A stretch of 64,000 nt of DNA from Podarcis bocagei (Eukaryota). A program made the translations under genes and the position numbers. The DNA is taken from NCBI GenBank assembly GCA_964188305.1, contig OZ076886.1; one strand, written 5' to 3'. The stretch's first letter is position 1. Every line of letters starts with the position of its first letter. Under the pieces are notes generated by a model. It made no database searches. It worked only from the letters and a program-made list of their open reading frames with translations, and was not told where the DNA came from. Below are positions 39,101-48,100 of this stretch, one piece after another.

Positions 39101-42100
39101 CAGATTTTTCTTTCTTTGTAGATGAGGGCATGGATGGAGATAGCAGACAAAGCAAAGTTGTTTATTTTGTTTTGTATGTTTTGTTTAAATAGATTTATGG
39201 ACAAAAGGGAAAGTATCTGGTATGAAGCTGCATTAAAAATTAGAAGGAATTTTCTTTCCTTAAGTGCTTTTAATGAGCATCTTAGAATAGACTCATACAG
39301 GGTTTATGTACTGAATAAGTGCCATTCAGTAAGCAATGAAAATGGATTTTAATGGAACTTTGAGCTTTAAACCACCACAAATTCAAAACAGAATGTTTAA
39401 GCACTAAACAGTCAAAAGCTGTGCATGACAAACTTCCCTGATAAGCAAAGTAATTAATAAATATGCACAATCAAGAATTTTTTGACATGAGAAATTAAGG
39501 TTCGTGTCTTAACATTTCACTGTACCCAGTGATTGCAAGGTGAGGTTTGAAGGTTTGGGGGCTGGGTTTGCTAGATTTGACAGTGAAATTCCAAAGCTCA
39601 GCTCCTGTGTCTGCTTGGTACTGTTGAATTGCTCTGTCAATATCACAAGTTTTTGTTCTCTTGTCTGCTAGCATCTGACACAAATCATTTAGAATAAAAC
39701 CATTGCTGAAAGATTGGCTGCTGTTTTGCTGAACGTAGTCCTAATTCAAGTCTCTAGAATTTACGTGATAAAAGAAATATTAATCCAATGAGTATATATT
39801 AAGAACCAATTCAGTGTGATGTTTTCTTTTTGAATTTACTATGAATAATCAAAATTCATTTTGATAATCAAAATGTCTTTTTCATAGTTAAAACAGAAGA
39901 TATAGTAACTCCTTGCCTTTTGATCTCTTTTAAGGAATTTGTGTTATGAAATTAATCATATATTGTATGCTTAAAACTTTATACATATGCACACACACAG
40001 GAATCTATGACATAGCCTTCATTTGTAATCTAGATTGTTCCTTACTAGTAGACATACTACAGTAGACATAATTTGTGTCTACTGCAGTTGCATATCTGTG
40101 TGTATTTTCTCTTGTGCTCTTTGATCATGCCTGTAATTTCACGTCCCCCAAATATAAGTTTGGATGCATTATTTCTGTTCCTAAATCAAAGAAGGTGCAA
40201 AAAGAATCATGCTTTTCTTGTTTGTCTACATAAAATATTAAGTCTGTTGGGCAACTGGGATATATGAAATGCTGTGCTAGGAAACTAGTTTTTTGATGGG
40301 ACAAATTGTGCAATTGTCTCATTCTTGTTGTTTTCTAACAAAATTTACATTTTTGATCTGGGAAATAACTTGGAAAGGGATGCTGTATTTGTTCGATAGT
40401 TTCCCCCAGGAGTTCAGGATAAACCATTATGCTTGCCAAGCCCCTTGAGTGTACATTTAGAACAATTCCTTTATAGATGGAAAAAATGCCTTTCAAACAG
40501 ATTTTCTTACGTTTAGCAAATGAATTGTTCTCATGGTAGCTGAAGACACTTGTTTGGAAGAACCCAGATGGGTGGAAAATAGAATTTCCCTCCTCCTAAT
40601 CACTGGGCTTTATGTTAAATACGGAGGTAAAAATTGGGACAACACTGGCCCTAGTAAAGTCTAACTGGATACTTGTTTTGGATCAGAGCAAATCCGTTGA
40701 CATGTACTGTACTCTGTAGCTCACCTACTCTGGAACAGGCCCACTGGCATGTACAGAATGAATCTAGACCTAACAGGCTGTGAATTGCAAATGTGGTGCG
40801 TAGTATCTTATGCCAAGCTGTCCTGGCATGCGTATTTCTTACTTCTGAGCTGCTACTATCTGATGGTACCATTGATGGTGGGACTTTTAAAAAGGTCATC
40901 AGCTCTAAAACCACATAGCTTGGATTCTGAGAACCACCAATGGAAGGAGACTTTCCCATTCCACCCTCCCCTCCTTTGCGTCCTCCTCGAAAACCTTCAC
41001 CTCTTTGGGGGCAACTTCCTCCTGTAGCTCCCTGCATCACATTCTGTTCCAATCAGAGGGTCCCCCGACCCTCAGCAGAAGCTTTTAGGGGGCACAGAGG
41101 ACTGCAGGCTGGAGGAAGCCTTGGTTCTCGGGATCCAGGCCCACATTTCGTTGACTCTTCTGAGGCCCTTTCATCATAGATTCTTTAACTGTCTTTTTGT
41201 TGGCAGCCAAACTAAGACAAAATTATGTATTGCATTTTCAAAAATAGCCTGTATTTCCCCCCCCACCCACCCACAACTGAAGCCTAAACTTGTTGCCAAT
41301 GTTGACTAGTCCTTTTTCAGTGATTAGAGAATTATTATTTTTTTAAATTCTGGGTTACAAAACAGAACTGAAAGTCTAAAATCTAAAACTTTTGCAGAGC
41401 GGGCAGCTAAGGTTGCTGAGCAGCAGGAGAGAGAACGCGCAGCACAGCAACAGCAGCAGAATTCCTCCCCCCGGGCAGGCACTCCTGTCGGGGCTCTAAT
41501 GGGGGTGGTGCCGCCACCAACACCAATGGGGATGCTCAATCCGCAGTTGACACCTGTTGCAGGTAAAAAACAAATAGGGGCTCTGACCATTTTTTCCCCT
41601 TCATCCACTTTACCAAACTCCTTCATAACTCTGAACGCTATTCTTGGGTCACTTTATTTGTAGTGAAAAAGAAAGAAAAAATAACTATTAAACTTTACCT
41701 CATAAAACCTTAAGTTCAAAACAAACACAGATGTTTCCCTCACTGGTAGAAATAGCACCCCTTAATCCTAAGCATGCCGTCTTACCCCGATGAAGTCTCT
41801 GCCAGCTCATTCCCTGGTCAGCAAACTTGCTCCTGGTTTGTACTGTTAATTCTATTTTGTTTCCTCTGAACGCTGCAGAATCTGGACACTTGGGAAAGAG
41901 TGGATGATTTTCTCAGGTGGCACGTCATCAGTAACATTAGACACGTTCCGACTGTGAGAAAATGTAATATGATGCCTTAACGTGAGGGTAAACTTGAGAA
42001 CTGATTTTATCCCTCAGTTGAACTGGCTAGGGTTCTTGGCAGCAGCGTTTAGTGAGAATCGGAAAACATTTATTTATTTCATAAAATGCATATACCGCTT

Positions 42101-45100
42101 GATTGTAGAAAACCTCAAAGCGGTTTTCTTTTCTTTTGCAGGATTTTGGGTTTGTGTGAATTGAGCAACAAACCCTTCCATGCCACTTCAATCCAGTTTC
42201 ATAACTGTGATATTTCAAAAGCAATTCTATTGTTCAGGCATAATGCTGAACTAGACAGTTTAGTATTTTGTGCATGAGTGTCAAGCTTATGCTGTCCCCC
42301 CCCTCCTCTTCCTAAGACATAGCCTTGAGGAGGAGCTGGGAAGCTTTTGGTTCCATCTTAAACTCTAGCTGTTTTTATTAGATAATTTTACATATAGGAC
42401 TTGATTATCAAACCATGTAACCTAGTTTTGGGTATTCAAATTTGTCAAGGCTCTACCTGTATTAAGCATCCAAGCTTATCTAGTTCTGTAACTGAGCAAA
42501 ACAGATACAAGAACAGGAATAAATATTTTGCATTAGGGTGTATGTAGATTTGGTTTAGTTTACGTCTCCATATGTTCTGAATCTGTATTTGAAAATAAAT
42601 ACATTAACTTTACCAGGATCTAAATAGGTGTTTTCTGAGGCACTCTGTATTTCATTATAAGCAAACAAATTGCAAGGCATTTTATTCTGATGATATTTAA
42701 TGTGGCAGAATTGTCTGTTAATAGGACCTAGCATATAATTTATTTTTCTTTTAGTATCACCATCTCATTAAAAAACCCAATATGCCGTTTTATATCCAGT
42801 TTTTCTCACCACGTGATCTTAACTTATACCTCACTTTGATCCAGATCTGTTTATAAACAGCTTTTCTTGAAACACTTATTTTGTCTGAGGAAGATCTTCA
42901 GATATCAGCAACTAATGTAATTAGTTGCAACATTTCTGCAGGGCAATGTAATGTAAGCGCAGCAAAAAGGGGGGGCAGCTTTGGGACGCACTCAGAGGTT
43001 CATTCTGCTCATGAAACAGGGATCTATAAGATTTTGGTTCCACTTTCCCTTGCACTCCCCAAAAACCTGTTCCAGATGATTGAAGGACCCCCTGAAACAG
43101 ACTGAGAAGTGGTAAGGAGACTGCAAAGGAAAGGAGAATAAGTGGCAGGGAACTATTCGTCTTTAATAGAAAGTTGTCCCACTGATTTACATGATATGAC
43201 GAATAGTTTGCTAAACATGTTTCACTGCACCTCTTGTTTTCTTGAGTGAAGTATATCAGTTAAAGAGCTGGAGCAGCATTTTGTCTAGTGAGCTTTTGGC
43301 TGTGAGCCAAAGTCCCCATTTCAAATCTCCCATCAACCATGGAAGGATGGGAGAAGGAAACCACTCCCTCTCATCCTCTGCTCACAGCCCCATTCTGCAT
43401 ATACTATCCTACTTACTTGGCTGCTATAAACATTACTGGCACAATGTTTGCAACATGCTTTGAACGCTTGAAGTGTGTGATATAAATGCTAAATATAGTC
43501 ACTAGTATCATTGTGATTGAATGGCAGCCAGTGTTGTTTTCACCTGACCGTTCAACACGAAATCTCAATTTACAGTAGAATGTTTCCAGATAAATAAATT
43601 TTACACAGCTTGGTTCTTAGTTTTTAATTTGTTGCTGTGAATTGGATTCGTCAGGGCTGCTGAAAATCTAGTCCAAAAATGTTGCATTTTATCTCAGCTC
43701 CATTTGTAAAAAAATAAATAAATTCCTTTTCAGTTCAGTTTTTGTTGCATATGTTGTGTAGAGATTGAATATTAAGCCATTTCAAAGTTTTCAGAAAGCA
43801 ATCTGTATTTTTTAATGGTTCCCTTAGAAGCCAGACCTCCGCTTTGCTGTCAGGTGGATTGCCAGCACCATTGTAGAAGAAAATCTGTCTCTCTGGTGTT
43901 GGTTCAAGGAGATGCCCATTCTTTCCTATAACAGGGCAGCAGCATTCCTAGATCTGGAGCTTTTACAGTATAAACCTGTATTTGTGACATAGCTCCACTT
44001 GGGTTGATATTATTCTTGTTCATTTTACTAATTTTATTTTAAATTTTCTTAAGTGAGGTTACACAGGCATAAAATTAGAGCTATTACTTCCAAATTTAAC
44101 TTTCCTCCAGTAGGTAGGTCTGAATATGTATAAATCATTACCTGAAATTATCCACAATATTGGTTCCAGCCTTGCAAATAATCAAGTGATGCTTGAAAAA
44201 GTATTTCTTCACCACCTTTGACCTCATATAGAGCCCCCAAAGCAGCTCACAGACATAACTGCCATATTTTTCTCAGAATACTTTCAGTGATCTTCCATTA
44301 TTCTCCCCCAAAACCCACCAACCCACCCACACAGGGCACTGACCTATATCTCTCGGAACTCCTCTCCACCAATCCTTATTTTCTTCTCTCTCCATAATAT
44401 CTCAGAATACTTCTCTCAGTCACCTTCATTGTCCCCCTCACCCAACAATCCCCATTATTTCCAGTCAAAGACAACCCCCACATTTCCCTCATTAACCACC
44501 CACCAACATTTATCTCTCATATTACCTCTTATTCTACCTCTAATATTACCTCCTATCTCTTCCCTTTCCCAATTTTCTATGTTGAAGACCCTACATATAT
44601 TAACCCCCCCCCCCCGCGCTTAACTCTCCATGATTATTCTCAAGGCACCCAAACACAGCAATCCTTACTTTCTTTTCCGGTGCCCTTGATTCTCTTCTGT
44701 CAAGAGACTTGTCCATTTTGCCTTCTGTTCAGTACAATACATGATTCCTTGTTTACATTGCTATAGTATGCTAAAATTAACATGCCTTGAAGGTGAAGAA
44801 TTGTACTGTGCAATACATTGCTTTTTATAGTTACCAGTAGTGTAACTTGCAGCAATATATAAGCTATGTGAGCACTTAAGATGATTGTGCAGTGAATATT
44901 CTCTGATGAAAACGTCCATGAAGTTTTTTCTGTCATGGCACATGAAAGATAAGGTCTCTCTCTCTTTAATATACCTTCTGTTTTAGTAGTCTTTTGGCCT
45001 TAATGAAGGTGAGAGATGGGAAGCAGCTCAATCTATGCAGTATTGTTAAATTAATTTCCCATATGTGTAAGTGGTTAACATCCTGTGTAAGTGAAAAATC

Positions 45101-48100
45101 CATAAACAACCTGAATGCCTGGTATACATACATCTTCTGTTAAGCTACATTGCTGTCCCGTGAATTTTTGAATGTGCATGTCGCAATGTGATATACTTTC
45201 GTATGACTGACAAAACGTTTTGCATTTGCTTGTAATAATAACCACTTAATGATTCTAAATGCTCAGCTGGTTTCCTCCTGAAGAATATGCCAAAAGGCTA
45301 AATACTAATCTGTTCCGAATACGGTATCTGGCATTGTAACAATGTTCATTTTTGCAAGGTACTAATTGTAGTGTTGTATGGCAGTACCGAAGGTGCATAT
45401 ATGTGGGTAGTGCATGTAATTATTATTTTGGTCATTTTGCATGTCATTGATGCATGTTTGAAATTTGTTGTGTCCTTCAAGGCATGCTAGGTGGCTATCC
45501 ACCAGGGCTGCCAACTTTACAGGGCCCAGTTGATGGCATTATTAGCATGGGCAGCATGCCGCCACTTCACCCTGGGGTGCCTCCACCCCACCAACTTCCA
45601 CCAGGCATGCCAGGCATCCCACCACCGGGTAAGAATGACCTCATTCATTCATTATCTCGCCTCTCTGTTCTCACCCCATTCAACCAATTGCCGTGGGAAA
45701 TGTTTGCAGCTTGTGCATTTGTAGCTTAACTGCTTGACTTCTGTCGAATGCTCCAGGTATGTCTAGCTCTCTAGATGTGCAAGGTGCATTGAGAAATATA
45801 CAAAGTATATTTGCCAAACATCTTGGCATGTATGATACATGTTGGCAGAGCAACAAATGTGACTGATCCAGCAGCAAAGGAGTTGACCATGGAAATACCC
45901 TTGTATTTTTAGCATGAGTTTTTTAAAAAGTGTCAAATAGATCTGGCTTGAACATATTGAAGTATTGAAGACACATAATTCCTAGTCCTTCTGAAACTGT
46001 TGAAGGTGATGTTGTTTGTTGAACTGGACAATTTCACTACCAGGCATGGATCTTAAACCAGTACACTGTTAGTTTTTTATTTCTTTGTGCACCATTAGTT
46101 CAAATATACACATTCTGATTTCAAACAACTTCATTTAACAGCAGATCATTTTAAAAAATGAAACCCTATAGCCTGATTTTTAAACAAACCAAACTGAAGC
46201 TTCGGCCAAGGGGAATATTAGTGTCTGGAGAGGTTGAAATGTGGGTACAAGCTTGTTCTTTAACATACAGTTCATCCTGGTTTGATAAATACTTAAAAGT
46301 AAATGCTCCCTTGTGATGTGGATCAATATTTATCCAAAACCATGAATGAAACATTAACTAAGAGAAGCAGATATTTTCTTTCCAATTATTAACCTTCTAT
46401 TTATAGGGAGACAGGGGCTGTTATGGAACCCTTGTTCATTGCCCCCTTCTCCTTTTTGCTCCTGCTAATTTTTCTTTCACTTTTACATGGTACATCATAC
46501 TCCTTTTCTGCATGCAGTGGATAAGCTCAGCTGTTAATCTGTGGGCAAAAACTAATGTGATTTGCCTTCTTTATTTCTAAGTATGTATTTCATAGTAGTG
46601 TTCCCCTAAAATCTGTGAACATGAATAATTGCCTTTAAGATCCCTTTTTTTCTTCAAGCCTGCTAGGGTATACAGTTAACATCCAGCAATCAAGAATTTG
46701 AGGATTTGCAGTGAGAAATGAACTATAGCTTTGGAATATAGATGTGTGCCATAGTTTCTTTATGGCTTGTTGTGCTGTTGAACTTTGAACAGCCATAAAG
46801 TGCTTGTGGATGTTCACTATCATTGCCAGGTTTCTCTATTTTAAAAACACCTTGTCTCCTTAGCTGCAGAAACAGTGATTATCATGGATGTATTAATCAC
46901 CTTCTAAGCAACCATCTCAAGGCTATTTGCATGTAAAAGATTTTTAAAATAGTTAAAAGCACAAAACGAGATCCATTTAAAAGCAATACTAAAACCCCAA
47001 CAAAGTAGACCCATTTATTCAACAAGGAAAGCCTGTCATTGTTGGATAGAAATGACTGCATATCTGATCAAAATTCCAAACTGTATCCTTATAATCCCCA
47101 GGAAGGCTAGCGCTGAATAAATTGTAAACATGAAGAACCAGCCACCATCAAAATAAGCTAGCAGGCCTGTACAACTTCACAAGTTCATTTGTGATGTAGC
47201 AGCAGTCTTTGTGAGGCTATTCTCAGAGACTATAGAAGAGATTATTACTAGATGAAATAATTTTGGATGTAAGCCCCCCAAACACAGCTAACTGTCAGTC
47301 AACACAATTTACTACTTCTAATAAGAATACTTAGGGGATCATATTTTAATATCTGTAATACTCCTTTTTTTCTTTTTCTTTTACATTTTGAAATACAGGT
47401 GTTATAGGTCAAAGCGTTTCCTCCATGGTAGGAGCCCCCTCAGCAGGAAGTCCTTTTGGACAGCAGGTAAGTGACTTAGATAGGCATAGGAAAATCCTAT
47501 AAATCATACTCTCAAAGGCTTTGTTTTTTAATAAATTGACCTCCCACAACCTAGTGAGTTTATTGTTCCTCTTATTTTCTGATATTGCTTCCTTACTACA
47601 TCTGGCATGTGATTTAATGATGTAGGAGTTAGAGGATATAAACTATCCCCTCAGCTATAAGAAAAGCTAAGTAAGGCAACAGGTGCTGGTGAGGGAGAAC
47701 AGGTGGGAAGACCGCATCCTTCTCCAGCCCTCCAAATACTTTGCACTACAACCAATGTTAAGCAATGTTCAAAGCATATGGAAGACACCACATTGGGGAA
47801 AGCTGCTCCAAACAATTCCTTGTTCTTTTTTTTCATGACTATTGATTTCTTGCCCTGCTTTCTTCCTTTTGCTCTCAATACCATTCCCTGTAATCTTCGC
47901 CAAAAATCAATAAGTAAGATTCCAGATAGCCAAACAGTTAAAAATGTGATATGTATGAATGTGTTGTGCATGGAAGTGAAAGCCATTTGTTTTCTGGAGA
48001 TTTCAGACTGTCTTGATATAACAACGTGAAACAGGTTTTGTTTAGATTTATTTTTTTGGCACGGGCACATTTCTCACCACACCTGAGGGTAACCGTTATT

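Noticed and set aside
40651-41052. 133-aa minus-strand ORF and other 60-170 aa intronic ORFs in the track
   Set aside because: No homology signal; many start at non-ATG codons or are off-frame/read-through extensions of PBRM1 exons or TE remnants
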